Positions 48,701-62,438 of a DNA stretch of 64,000 nt are shown here, in pieces; position 1 is the first letter of the stretch, and each line of letters starts with the position of its first letter. This DNA comes from Haplodiscus bocki (taxonomy: Eukaryota), in NCBI GenBank assembly GCA_965655095.1, contig OZ296650.1:97960001-98024000 (forward strand), read 5' to 3'. Below the pieces are notes generated by a model, which searched no databases, was not told the DNA's origin, and saw nothing but the letters and a program-made list of their open reading frames with translations. The position numbers and the translations under genes are program-made.

Positions 48701-51539
48701 ATTCCTCAAAAAAGACTTTTGTTACCCACAATACTGGTGCTATTCTGACTGATGACACCTGAAGTAGTGACTTATTAGACTTTTAAGAACAAAGCCTGAA
48801 AGATTGAGAAAGTTTCAGATCGGTGTTGATATATTCCTCGAGTTCAATATTTTTGAATGGACAGCACTACAGAAAACCGAAAGTTCTCAGGCCATAACAA
48901 GCTCATTGGAAAACATTATTTTGTTGTCAAAAAGAAACCAAAGTCAAATGAGACAGCTGATGGAAAATATTTTGTATGAAAAACCTTCACAGATTTTGAA
49001 AAAACAGATTCAAACAGTTCAGTCGTTATATTTCAAAAACTGCAGTCTTTGCCGACAATTTCACAAGAACTGTTAGAAACTTTATGCAAAAAATCTGTTT
49101 TTAAATAGGTATTACTGAATAGATATATGAAATTAACTCAGCAACAAAAAAAGAGTAATACAGTACAATGTTCAGACGTGTTAACGCCAACCCAAAGAGC
49201 TCTGAATTAGAATGAAAAACTTGTTGACTGGAAACATTTAGATACAAAAAGGTAAACGGCGTCAAAGTTCTATATCAAAGATTTGTTCATGACTGCAGAG
49301 AAACGAACTTTTTTCCTGGAGTTCAATTGAAAAAATGAAATCATGAGCTTTATACAACTACAGATGAAATTATTGCTGCAATGCCATTTTGAAATATCGA
49401 TATTTCACCTGATAGACACAACCAATCTTTACTAATGAAATCAGAAATAACAGAGGAATTAAACCAGAACAAGAAGAAAAAACTAAATTGAAAATGAATT
49501 AGGTGAGGTTAAATTGGCTTTGTCCATTACTACTAACTAAGAACAATTTGTTTCTTAAGACCATTTTCTTTCTACTTTGTTCATTTACGTTAAACAGAAA
49601 TAAAATTTACTTAGTAACGCATCTCAAAAACGAAGAGAATTTAACCTATGTTCCTGGGAGTTTTTCCCGACAAAGTTAAACGTTTGAGTTTGAGAGTCTC
49701 CTTGTTTTATATTTGGCTGGAAAAGCATTTTTTGGTCGAGTGCTTGAAACCTGATAAAAGTTCATCATAACCTCGCACTGCCAGTCATCTGCAAATAATT
49801 TAATATTAGACGAAGAAAACCGAAAGTCTATGGAAGTTAACAGTATATAGTTCTTTTGAGTTTAATTGCCTCTCTCCACTGAAATCCTTTCAAACATGAA
49901 AAGCTTCAATAAAAACCGTTTTTACTTTTAATGCAGAGTGTCATTCACGGTAATGTTCTACATCTTTTACAATAATAGTTCATCCAATATACGACTTATC
50001 AGTTTGATTTACTCCTAGTATTTTAAGTTAGTTAAGTTTGATGGGTTACATTTGGCATTAAACGTGGTACATGGTAACTAACGTCGAGCAAAATGCTTTC
50101 ACTGTTTACTTTATGAACATTACGAGTTTTTACAACATTGTTATCTTCTCTGTCATTTTAAAGTTTACACATAATGGTTAAATCATTTTTGGATGATATA
50201 GATGTTTTACAAATGAACCAATTCATTTGAGAATGACCAAAAATCCCCAAATGTTTTCCAGTACTAGGTGTCAGTTTTTATTCACTAAATAAAGTAATCG
50301 GACCTTATTTAATTATCAGATCAGCAATTACAAGTTTTTCCGTAACACAAACTTTTTGAGGTACATCGAAATCTAATTCAAGATTTTCTCTTTGAGAAAA
50401 ACTTACTGAAATTTTTCTTGATTTTTCAGAAAAAGAGAACTTGGTTCGTTGGTCGGTTTTTTTGACAGCGTAATATAACAAAGGTAATCACATTTCAGGG
50501 TTAATCCATCTACATTAAAAACTTCAAACAGCCTTAACGTGGTTATTACTTGAAAATCAATTGAAATTTTTTTCTGTTGACTTGGGATAATACATCTGTA
50601 CTCTAACTGTTCATCGAATTTTGCTGTTATTTCTTCCTAAAATTTTTTTGTGTCTTCTCCGCTATTTTTCTAATATTAAACGTAATATAACACACAGTTG
50701 ATCTGGATTTCCACAAGGACTAAATTTGGACCTGGGACCGATTTCACTTCCTGCAACGATGTGTGTACGACTTCAATTTTGCTTTTCCCCGGACATAAGT
50801 ATTGATCATGTAAACATCTTTCTGAGCAGTTGTACCTCCAACGCTTTTATTATCTGGAAGAGAAACCAGATAATACGAAAGCATTTGATGAACCGTTTTT
50901 AAAGAACTTTATCATTCATCAATTCCGAAAAGTCTCCTGCTAGCTGACATCTTCTTTCAGTATTTGTAAATATTGAAAGTTTCCTTTCGTCTTAAAATGA
51001 AATAGTCTTGAAAGCGAGGAAAAGATTCATCCCTGAACTTGTAACATGTTTAATTTTGCAACTGGTTTTCATTTTGGCGATTCATGTTTGCCGATAAATC
51101 GACTAATATTTCGAGATGCCTTTGCTCAATTTATAGAACTGATACCAAAACTTTTGGAAAATTATTGTTTTTTCAAACTGCCGGAAGTGAAACCTGTTTG
51201 CTTTAGTCAATTTTGTTATTTCTATTTGCTATAATTTCAGTTTCGTTATCCTTTTTTCGGCTCGTATCTTGAACAACGTTTGCAATTGGTTCCCGAAGAT
51301 CTTCAAGATCGTACAAAAAACCCTGTGTACCCGGTGTTTCTTGAATAAATATTTGTTTTTTTAGTTGTTACTACGCCACTTTGCCATTTTTCAAAAAGAT
51401 CTAAAACTTATTTCAAGAGAGTAAAATATAATTTTTTGATGGAAATCAACTATATTGTTCCTGTTGCTTTTCAAAAAATGTTTTTTTTCTGAAGTAAACT
51501 ACATATACATTTCTGACTTTCTTTCGCCAGAAACACAAA

Positions 51540-52030
51540 TCTCACCTTTACTTTTCTTTCAGATAAATCATTTTTAAGATAAGTATAATCTTCTTCTTTG
51601 CAATCTTCTCTATAAACGTATTTAAGTTCATTACAGCTCCTATTTTTTACAGAATTGCCTCTTTATTTGTTTTTCACATCTCTTAAACGTCGGTCAAACA
51701 AAGTTTTTTTTACTTTAATTTTTCGACGTTTTTCAAATGATCAAAAGGGAAGGGAGATAAACAATAAACATCTAAATCGTTATGGCGCCGTTCGGCAAAA
51801 ATTCGATCAATTGCGTTTTGTTTAAACTGTAACATGTCAACAGAAACAACAATACTATCATGATATTCGGCAATCAATGAACTTTTCTCACTGATAACTC
51901 ATTTTTCATACTCCTCTCAAGATCTGAATAGTATAAAAATGTATCCATTGATGATGATTCCCAGTTTTTTCTCTGAGGGACAAAATTTACCAGAAAAAGA
52001 AGGACTATCAATAACTCTTCTTTTTCCAAA
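51540..52030 (-). pseudogene. A32/FtsK-HerA-type DNA packaging ATPase remnant
   Basis: Walker A-like VIDSPSFSGKF (~51983-52015), Walker B-like IVVSVDML (~51830-51853) and ERRHNDLDVYCLS (RGRH...SQ motif). Confidence 0.7.
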
Positions 52031-53384
52031 TAGGATGAATTTTTTCACATTTCGTGATGGTAACCATTTTTTCGCCAAAAATTTGTTCACGCTACTGGCA
52101 TTTAGTTTTCTTAATCAGGCAGTTTTTTTCATGCAGTCTTTACTTTTCTATAGAACTTCTCAACATCCTGAGTATCTTGACAGTCTTTAGAAAAAACCTG
52201 TTCTCTTTTGAAAAATAAAAGTTGTAGTTAATACAATTCAAGGAAAAGTTCTAGGGTGGCTGGAAGAGACAAGTTCCCTGCGGAAAGGTTCGTTACAGGG
52301 AAATTTCTGCATTCGAAGTTTTTCTTTTATTACTACGAATTTCATGTTTTTCAGAATAATTTCACTTTTGAAAAAGTTTTTTTGTTCTTCTTCTCATCAT
52401 TATAGTTTCAAAAGTTTCTAAACGAAGACATATATGCTTTTTCATCATTCACATCATCTTGTAAGATTTTTTAAAATGACATATCAAAAAAACTGATAGT
52501 TGGTTGGACTATCTCATAATGTTTTTTATGTACAATGTCTTCATACTGTTCAAGAATACTAGGTTTTAAAGATGTATCTCCTCACTAACGCCCCTCAATT
52601 TTTTCAAAATAAGATTAGTTTTTGACAAAAGGAGGGACCAGAAAACAATGAAAATATTTCTCTCTGTAAATGATAAAGCAGAAATGCACAGTTTTTAACA
52701 GAATTATTAAATATGTCAACTGACTTTAAAGTAGTGGAAAACATTTCAGATTTTGTTAATTCTTTTAATTTGGTATTTTCGTCTTTAAAATAGGTGAAAA
52801 GTTCTCCTGGATTCAGGAAAGTAGTTTTTGAAGAAGTTAACGTTATTTCTTTTCTTTCCCAGTATCTCTTCAAACTGTCAAATTGTTCATTTTGGTTGAG
52901 ATAGATTTAGCGTTGTAGTATTCAATTAAAAAAAACAATAGATGTGTGCTTGTTTTCGTTTTTGAACGGTTGTTTCAAAGTGAAATCCTTTACCAACATG
53001 ACAAACGTATAAAAATTAGGATAGTGTAGAAAACTGTTTTAGGTTATCTAAATAAAGCTGCAGTACCATTTTTTTGCACTTCGTTCAAAAACTGTCGCTG
53101 GAATCTTGATAACATTAGTAGCTGGTCGTTTAGCGAATGTAGCAGATTTTTTTTAGTCATCAAAAAGTGTCCCTATTTTTAAGCCGAAATAGTTTTATCA
53201 TTAACAGATGTTATTTTTTTCTATTATAGTTAAAACACTTCACCAACAAAAGTTTATTCCAGTTTTTGTTTAACTACCTCGAGAGTTACTTAATCCAAAA
53301 ATGATAAAGACGACCACGATCACAATGACATAAGTTGTTTCGGAAGACACTCCTTGAAGAACAAAATAACAGTACTTCAATTTT

Positions 53385-53740
53385 TTTGCTGATAAAGAGG
53401 TGAGCTTCCTAGTTTCTTCATTCAAATCAATTTCCTTCGGTCATCATCTTCTAGCTGAAATGTTATTTTATTCAATACAGACTCATTTAATTTCCCATAA
53501 CGTAATGTTCCCGTGGCATAAAAATTTTTTATTCAGAAGAGGTATCTGAAATGAAACTAAAAAGTGTTGGTTCTACAAAACTATATAATTTTGAATTATC
53601 AATATAATCACAATTCAAACGTATTTCATCTAACGTAGTTCTATATTTCGCAACTAATGTATACAGTATAGGTTTTGTAATCCCAGGATGGTTGACATCC
53701 TTTGTATAGGTTTTTTGAACTTTTGGCAAAAAACCATACC
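53385..53740 (-). pseudogene. Polinton minor capsid (penton)-like C-terminal remnant
   Basis: IRLNCDYIDNS...EPTLFSF, then after a stop and frameshift YGKLNESVLNKITFQLEDDD...IDLNEET. This matches the C-terminal pattern I recall for Polinton penton proteins. Confidence 0.55.
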
Positions 53741-53999
53741 TGGCAAGAACACCCGTGATGCTGAAAAAGTTTTGGAAAGGCGATGTTATCCTTAGCAGAA
53801 TGCGATGAAGCATCAAACTTCCTCAGCATCACATCAATCAGTTCATCATGAAGAAACATGCACAGAAGCAAAAAATGTTTCGTTAGTCAACGGTCTCCTC
53901 ACAGCCCAACGAGTGCACGCTGTACTTAAAGTAAAACATAGAATTTTGACCAATCTGCCCATTGACAGTCCATTTTCAGCCAAGAATTCTAACGCTTAG

Positions 54000-56600
54000 C
54001 AAGTAGTACTGGGAACAGGAGTCAAAGTTCCTATGTCTCAAAGGACAAAGTGCGTTTTGTGGACGAAGTGCCTTCAAGGAGCAAGCAGAGTCGTGCTTTC
54101 GAAACCCAGTAAAGATACCGCACTTTTTTCACTGCGACATGACACGAAAAAAACTTGACAGCCTTCATGAGGGTAAAGGAAGGAATGTGAAGTCAGTTCT
54201 GCATTGTCATGATTGGCACGGCCTACGGAGGGAGATTAGGAAACACATATCTGCTTGTCAAACCAGCACAACAATGCTAAGCGATTCAGATTGATGAAGG
54301 TTCGCAGTGAGATTTGCTATGAACATTTTTTACAAATTGATCTGATGTTTTCTTACGTCAAAACTGGACTTACATGGTTCATACTGATCGAAGATCAACT
54401 CTTATGTACTATGTACGCCGAAGCAGTATCAAGCAATGCGTACGAGCATACTGCTGAAACGGCACTTCGACACTTTTTGACCCACTTGGCACACAAGTAT
54501 TTTGGTATTCACAGAAATGAACACACTTTTAGCAGGATTAGGCTGAAAAATTCATCATTCTGTCAGCATCCTTCAAGTGTTCTCCACAGTCACACAGTGG
54601 CCGACGAAATCTTTGTTGGAAGCCGATACCGAACCCTAACATCAATCTGCTACGTGTTAATTGCAGGCGAGTTGTGAATGAAAAACACTCGCCAAACATA
54701 TTGGCCTATGGGGTGAGTTTAGGCGCCCGAGGCCCGCAACTGCTGATGCTTCCGAATGGATGTAGGGTTAACAGGCGCAAGACAGGAAGGCGGTTTCGCT
54801 CGATTGGCCAAAAATCTAATTAAAATTATCCATTGGGACGCCGAAGACGCTTTGTTCAGAGTAGTGGAATCATTTTCTGATGCATCATTTGCAATCCATC
54901 CAACACACCTGCACCCAGTAATAATTCTCGTCAAGGGGCATGTTCCTGATCTTCAAATTGGGACCGCACAAGAGCAGACTTCTGCACCACCATTTGAGTT
55001 GCTACGAACCCTTTAGTTCTTCTCAGTCATTTCGATGATCCGATAGCACCCGAAGTTATGGAATGCATAAAAAACTTCAATCACGGCAACCTGCCAGGGA
55101 CGTCTAAGCTGAGCAGTGGGATACAAGAAAGGAACTTTTTCTGTCAGTGGAGCTCACACCACCATCTGTTTTGGATCGTCTTGGTGTCTTGAGAGATTGT
55201 CCATACAAATGATGGTTGTATGGTTTTCCCTCCACGCAACTTATTCCAGCAGCACCCCCATCTAACCTTAGCATTTTCACGGCACCACGCTCTGTACTTC
55301 CAACGATGATGACAATCCAGTGTCGTCGAAAGCAGTTTTAAAGCAGGCTTTTTGTGAAACGGAATAACAAAACTGGAACAAGCAGTTCTCGGAAAAGAAC
55401 TAACACACATAAGCCTTCATCATATTGTCAACCAAATACACATTTCTTCAGTAGAAAGCCTTGCATTTATCGTGCTAGGGACCTGGAGCATTTAGATGCA
55501 TCAGTCTGTGGATTTGAAACTGAATTGTTGGAAAAAAATTGACAACACAGTCAACATGCTTTATGAAATCCAACTCAATTCCAACCAACACGAGCGTCCA
55601 ATTAACATCCGTTTCTCGAGGAACGCTAGCCCTCATCCAGATATGCAAAGTCGTTGTTATTTGTTATTTTTCTGCTCACCAAAGCTTCACTTGTAGCTAC
55701 GAACTTTTGACGCCCAAACATCATTGTAAATTATTGCAGGGAGCTCCTAAGGTTTCTGCGCCATGATGAGTACCGCGAGGACCATGGCAACCGACAACCG
55801 AAGAGCAGAAAACGTTACACGACGTAAAATCAGCGTTAAACGAGAATCGAAAGATGAACACATTGTAGGCAAAATTCGATTCTCAGCTCAATTAGTTTAC
55901 CAGAAACTGGATCAACATGCGAAACAAACTGGAGACGATGTCCAGCAAGCAACACGAGGAACTAATACTTCTGGAAAAACGTGTGTGAAAATTAAAGAAA
56001 GACCGCAAAATGATTGGAATTTTTTTCGAGACCATGGTACAATTCGAAAAAACAACTGCAATTTTCCCTGTTAATCTCAATGTGGACCAGAATGCTGCTT
56101 GAGTCGTAGCAGTGAGCTGAGATGAAAAAAAGTTTTACGTTCACAACTGTTTTGGCCTACTGTTGACGGCAATAAAAGGATTTGAGTCTTGCCCGGATGT
56201 GTGCGGAGTTTCAAATCGATAATTCCTCCAGGTGAGAGCAATCTTGTTTTTTTCCATTTTGTCGAGAGAAATTTGTTTTTCCAGCAATGGTACACTCTTG
56301 TTTAATTACTTTCGTCTGTGAGTCAACCAGTGATTGTCCATCATGTGAAGTTCTCCGATAAGCAGCTCGGAGCCCCTGAAAATTTTTGAGTGTTTTTCTC
56401 AATCACCAAACCAAACACGGAAGGACATTCAGTCAACAGAAACTTTTGCACCGCAGAAACGATACATTCTTTGCAGACAGACTGCAAGTCAATCATAGGT
56501 GCTCCCAAAATTGGCGAAGAAGTTTTTTTTAAGAAATTACAAAAAGACGTGACGACAGAGTGTTCACCTGATCCGAAGAGACGATCATCTTTCAAGTGAG
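54000..56600 (-). mobile_element. Old, decayed Ty3/gypsy pol remnant
   Basis: In RT-RH-IN order on the minus strand: GLRAAYRR (~56360), IIDLK (~56215), CCLLDIV (~55940), QTDASK (~55495), HKKP (~55350) and integrase-like NSPA (~54665). No LTR pair found. Confidence 0.55.
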
Positions 56601-59431
56601 AAGAAGCACATTGGTAGCCACCCCATGGACTGGCAAAAAAACTCTGGGACGAAGTTTGCACTAATGAGACAATTTGGCGAAGACAAGATGCTGAAAAAGA
56701 GGTCAAATGCGGGGAACGTCATCCAACCTACACCCCAGGCTACCTGGGATTTCAAATGCAACTTCTGCATGATGTTCAATGCCACCATTTCCAGAAATGA
56801 CCTTTTCAACAAGACAATGTACTTGTGCTTTGATGAATTCCTGAGACATTTAGCTGTAAACGACATTATTGAAACTCGCTTTTCGCTTTATCTTTCATTC
56901 GAGGATGTAACAGTTTGCAACGATGGTGTGAACACTTACATTTCATGGAATGTTTCGAAAATACTGGAACACCGTTTCACTGCTTTTTTAATTTCGCTTG
57001 CGTAGAGCCACTTTGAAAGGACAAAAACAAGTAAAAGCCGTGTTGATACACTACAATAGTTAAAGGATCAACATCTGGTTATAGACATGAAACCCGTAAA
57101 CTATCTAAAGCTGAGCGTCCCAAATTTTCATTAAAAGATGATTATGAAGGTTGCAAATTTTCGGGCAAAAAAAACAGTTTTTTCCTTGTGTTGGACCTCG
57201 GACCTCAAAAACTGCAGCTGTCGCCACAACGGGTGTGCTCACTTCTCATCTCAAGCACTGTTGGAAGAAAATAGAAGATTCGCCCCAGCCAGATGTCTAG
57301 GAAAAAACAGTACGCTTTGTCAAAGTTTTCGAGGATCAGAAAAAGGCAAGAGCAACCAAAAAAAACCTTCTAGAAAAAAACTAAGCTTACGAATACTAGA
57401 AAAGATGCTAAAGGGAAATCACAAGTTGTACCCCTCAGCTAACGGCCAACTTCTTCACGAAACCGGCAAAGGCAAGCAAGAACAACTTGATTATTCTTAG
57501 GCGGACTGAAACACAGAACATCAACTACTAGAAAAAATTCACTTTTACTTGAACCCGAGTAAACCGGATAGAACAGATTACAGGCCATGCTGTTTTCAAT
57601 TCCAGGAACAGAAAAGCCCAGCAGTCATCAACAGACTCAAGAAACCTAATATTGACAGATAGTGCAATCTGATGGTAGCAGACTTGACACAGAAACTGTG
57701 AGAGGAATATCTTTGCTTGATCAGTGATGTAAGCTGAAATTCCATTCCCAGGATCGAACCCTCAAACGTCACCCATCTGATGCTGGAGATATTCTCAAAT
57801 ACAGCGACCAGGAGCTCACAGTTCCCACCACTAATTTTCTGCAGTAACATCTCAGACCATCTTGGCTCCCAGAAATGTTATGCACACAAACTTTTACTTT
57901 GCCAGACAGCATGCAAAGAATAGGCTATAGCAGATCTGGTTACACACAAATCTAAAGTTGCCCGAAGATTGACGAAAGTGGGATACGATTCTTCTCATCA
58001 CATCTTTCCCGGAATTATCAATTGGTCTCCGTGTTTCAAGGGAACCTTCCGAACCATTAAGAAAATGCAAGGATTGTAACTGTTGGCTAAAACAGAATCT
58101 CCCAACCAGCGGATTAGTCCGGAGACACTGAGTGTTCACGAGCCGGCTTGCGAAGACTTTTTTTGATTATAGAACTTCACAACTTTTGTGCCTGTGAACT
58201 CCACCGGAATTTATCAGCTCTCGAACTGTGATCTGTTAGCTTTCAAAAGTGAATTGAAATGCTACACAATATCCGGGTTAACCTCGGAGGGGTGAAGCTC
58301 ACCACTGAGGAAGAATGTTTCCTTTGAGTGGTCATGTTTCTTCCTAAGGAATCCTGGGCATTATCAGTAACAACAAATTTTCTCGAATTTTATCTCAGAC
58401 ATTGTTAAAGGACTCTGCAAACCGTTGTGAAAGGCTATAGTAGTGTAGAGTTATACGAAGTGATAAACTTGTTCGGCTGGACGTGGAAGCCGATATTCGT
58501 GCAAACAACCTACCTTTCATTGGAAAGAAGAACGGCCGCATACAAAGGCTCCCTAACGAAATGCAACTTGGCTGATGTGCTGGCTACAAGGACCTCCTTC
58601 AACGAGCAAGCTTGGCTAGATATTCCAATAGGCATGATTCATTATTTGACGGCAGTTGGCAATCTAGGTTTAACCCTGAGTTTATTGCTAAATACCGGGG
58701 GAAAGCAGCCCACCTTTGACTTCTTGTAAGAGTTGTTAGTCAATCAAGCAACCAAGAAGTCAAAAAATTTTACACCCTTAAAAGTGATGGGAAAAATTCT
58801 CGATGACTGATTGCTCACAGATCTACTCTACCATTGCCAATGGGTCAGGGTTCGTGGGAACAACTGCCAGTAAAAAAATCAAGGTAGAAGATTCCGGAGT
58901 CTCGATGCCATATCATCAAGCCCTCGTCGTAAACTATAGCGTTGAAGACATCTTACCTGCCATGTTTCCCCTGAACCTCAGCATATTTGCCTCAATGCAA
59001 TGATGGCGATATCCAACGAGCTTTGCGATTGGTTGTACAGCAGCTTGAATGTTCCCTGACGTTTATGCAGAGCAGGAAAACGATGAGTTTGGAATGCAAC
59101 CCGCTTCAACGGATTGCGATTGTCGTGAGTGAGTTCACACCATTGTGCAGAAGCCTGGAATAGTGAGGTTGAAAGATCAGAATTTTTTGAACAATGACTT
59201 TACATGATTTTTGAAACGCTCCCAAACTACAAAACGTTCGAAAGGAATTTTTGAGCCTTTGAGTGAAGCAAATTGAAGTCCTGGGTGTCAGGATGGACCA
59301 ACAAGGAAGTTTTCTTTGAGATACAACATAATCAAAGCTAGTTCTAAGTGTTCATCGCCCACCGAATACTTGACATCAACTTCTTTTGACGCAGTTACCA
59401 ACAGCGTCTCCCTGTAAAACATTCAAGTCTC

Positions 59432-59458
59432 CCTGGGTACCCTGGGTACCCTGGGTAC
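59432..59458. repeat. 9-bp tandem repeat (CCTGGGTAC)x3
   Basis: Direct reading of the sequence. Confidence 0.9.
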
Positions 59459-62330
59459 GATATCAGCACCAAACGCTCTGGGCATTTGATTCGGACTAAT
59501 GCAATGCCTTTTGGTAAAGCGACTGCAATTTCAAAAGTGATAGGCAGAAAGACTTAACTAGCCTCCATGAGAACGGAACGACAGTGATAGTGATCTTTAT
59601 GATCCAAGCATAACCGTTCAAAGTTTTTGCTGCAAGCACAGTCACGCTCCAGATCCTCAAAGCGACACCAAGAAAATATCTTCCTGAAACAATGAAAAAA
59701 CTTATCCCGGAAGCCACAGGCGCAGACACATAGGTCCTTGTGGAGTGCCATGCGACGAAAATTGATAGTGGACCGTCTCTTTCACGCCGAGAAAACAAGC
59801 TGAAAAAACTGACCAATAAGAATTCTAAAAACAACATTCGATCTTGAAATGCAGGAAACTACAGCCTGCCACCGTGAAACATTGGAATCCCTAATCTTTA
59901 TAGCGGTGCTCCAATTGTGGCATATCATCTTTCCAAGTCGAGAGATTCCGGCCATTTATCATTTTGCCATAGCTAATGCCTTTTAGACAATGTAGTTCTG
60001 GCATTTAATGTAGTTGTGAAAAGTTTTTGTGGTTGTTGGAATGATTTAGTCAAATTGTTTAGTTTCAAAAATTATAGAAACAATAGTCTTCAATAATGAA
60101 CTAATCCAATATAAAGTGTGTTAACGGTGAATTTTTGCAACGAAACTCCAGTATCCGTCGCTAAATTTCCAAGAAACACCGACATCCGCTGCTGTTTTCC
60201 TGCAAAATACCGCAGTCATTTTCGATTTTTTTCCCGCCGATTCCCCATTGTATTCAGAATATCTTCCAAAAATTTGGAACCGAGTCGTAAATTTTTTTGT
60301 GGTTTTTGGAGGGGGTTTGAATTTCAAAGGGGGCTAATGAAAAGGTGAGATTTAAAGTAGTTTGAGAAGGCGGTGTCGTAAAGAAGAATCTGAATTACCA
60401 AACTTTTGGTCACTCAAGTTTTGATATCAAAAGTACTCTTCGATATTATACATTGTTCAATTATTTCAATGATTCAATCCAAATTTAATTGAGCATCACT
60501 ATAATTCTAATAACTAAATTGCAATTGCAATATTTAATTGATAGAATACAATATTTTTTCCAAATCAATATATTACGATGTTGCAACAAAAATTTGTCAG
60601 TTTCCTGAACTACTGTATCAATCAAGCAATCATAATTAATAACTATAATTCTAGTTAGTTTAAGCTATGATTAATTGCGACCAAAAGTTAGAATCTGAGC
60701 GGACTTACATATATGTACATATATATTCACTGTAGTGTAATGGAAAGATTTCACTTCACATTGAGAAACTTCAAGTGAGTCCCATATGAAAAATAAGCTA
60801 AGTCCCAAGAATTTTATATGGATTGCAAAATTATTTGTTTTCACAGAAAACTTTGAAGTTCTCTCGAAGATTAACCCACATAATGTCCTTGTTTCTCAGT
60901 AGCATTTGTTTTTTTCCTGTTGCGTCAATAATAATGCCAATTTCTTCGAAAAGTTGGAAAATTCAAATTTCAAAAAATTTATATCTGAAAAATTAGTTAT
61001 TCCTACCTTTTGGAATATGAAACTGTAAATGAAGATCCGCTCACACATAGGAATTAGGCAACTGACACTTTATGATTAACCAATACCTCAGTTTATCGAC
61101 ATCATATTTCTTCAGAACAACTAACGGCTTTATCGAACAATTTTATTCGAGCTTTTATCTTGTTTCAAAAATCACCCGTCCATTTTTTTCTGTGTTTCTT
61201 CAACCATTCTCCAACAAAACCGGGTCACCTACCCCAGAGGTAACTTACTCCGGTCCTGTTATGGACTTAGCTGAGTAAGAAAGAAAACGCACAGCAAAAT
61301 CCAGAATTTTTCTTTTGAGCAAGAAACAATAAGTCAAATTTCACAAAAAGGAGGAAATTTTTCGGAAATCTATGGACAATTCAATAGATAACATTTGGAC
61401 AAAGAATAAGAACAGAAAAACGAACGAGGGATTTGATCTAAGACTTCAACCAGCTTAAACTTCGAACAACTCGGCGTATTCTCCAACAGGACTCATGTGA
61501 CGCTATATACGCGTATACGTTATATTCGGAATCAGATCTTAGATCAAATCCCGCTTCAATTTTCTATCATAACTCAGAGATGAATAAATTCTCACTTTTT
61601 GTGGACGTTTTTTTGGTCAGAAATAAATTTAGTACTGTTAAAATCAGTACTGTAGTTTTGTCCATTTTTCAAAGAAGACATTGTTCCTTTCTGCGAATGT
61701 TAGCAACAAGTCAATGAGATTTGATCTTTGACAAAAAAAAGTTATACAGAAAACAATTTCGCAAGAAAAAAAAACGAAATTTACTGCACTAAAAAGTAAG
61801 CCGGTACGTTAAAAATGGCCGGTTATTTTGTTCGAATATGGAAAACTTTTAGAAGAATTTCAGCATGCAATTTTGACAGACTTCCACGCACAGATTGATT
61901 ATCCCGAGTTTAGCTTTCATGGTTAATAATCGATGGCCAATCGATTCTCTCGATTGAGAACGATTTCAATTACGCCATTTTTCAAATACAGATCGATGGA
62001 CAATTGAACAATTGATTCAATTATGATAACTGCTTTTTCCCAAAAAAATTACGTTCACAAAAACATTCCCTGGAGTTTTCTAACTTGGGAAATAGTCAAA
62101 AACACCAAAAAACCTCATTACAGAGTTAACGTTGAAGAAACCACATTGACAAAAACTGTAACAATATTGAGTTCCATCTTCAGGATGGTTTCCCGTCATC
62201 TTCCGCAGCAAAAATATTGCGCTTTTGAAAAGACGCGTTGTTTTTTGTGATTCGAGAGCAAATTTGGAACATTGCAAATAAAGGCTGTTTTTCTGCAAGG
62301 TTTTGTCATAACCCGGGTCGACCACCTCTG

Positions 62331-62438
62331 AGGTAACTTACTACGGTCCAGCTCTGGACTCTTCTCTGTCAGTGATAAAACAATTGCAAGATCTTGCTAA
62401 GAATGCCCAGGCCCAGAGATGGACTCAGTAAGTTACCT
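62331..62438. repeat. Short hairpin-forming inverted repeat; a related arm occurs at ~61221-61270
   Basis: AGGTAACTTACTACGGTCCAGCTCTGG (62331-62357) and CCAGAGATGGACTCAGTAAGTTACCT (62413-62438). CGGGTC...GAGGTAACTTACT...GGTCC also occurs at ~61221-61256. Confidence 0.7.

Larger units (their letters stand above)
44000..53740. mobile_element. Decayed Polinton/Maverick-like (adintovirus-like) endogenous virus
   Basis: Very AT-rich block containing remnants of protein-primed PolB (+), a packaging ATPase (-), a penton-like gene (-) and possibly a major capsid gene (+). No TIRs or integrase recognised. Boundaries approximate. Confidence 0.7.

Noticed and set aside
50700-50790. Possible parvovirus/adintovirus-type phospholipase A2 motif (IGP...)
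   Set aside because: No HDxxY catalytic motif follows in any frame I checked.
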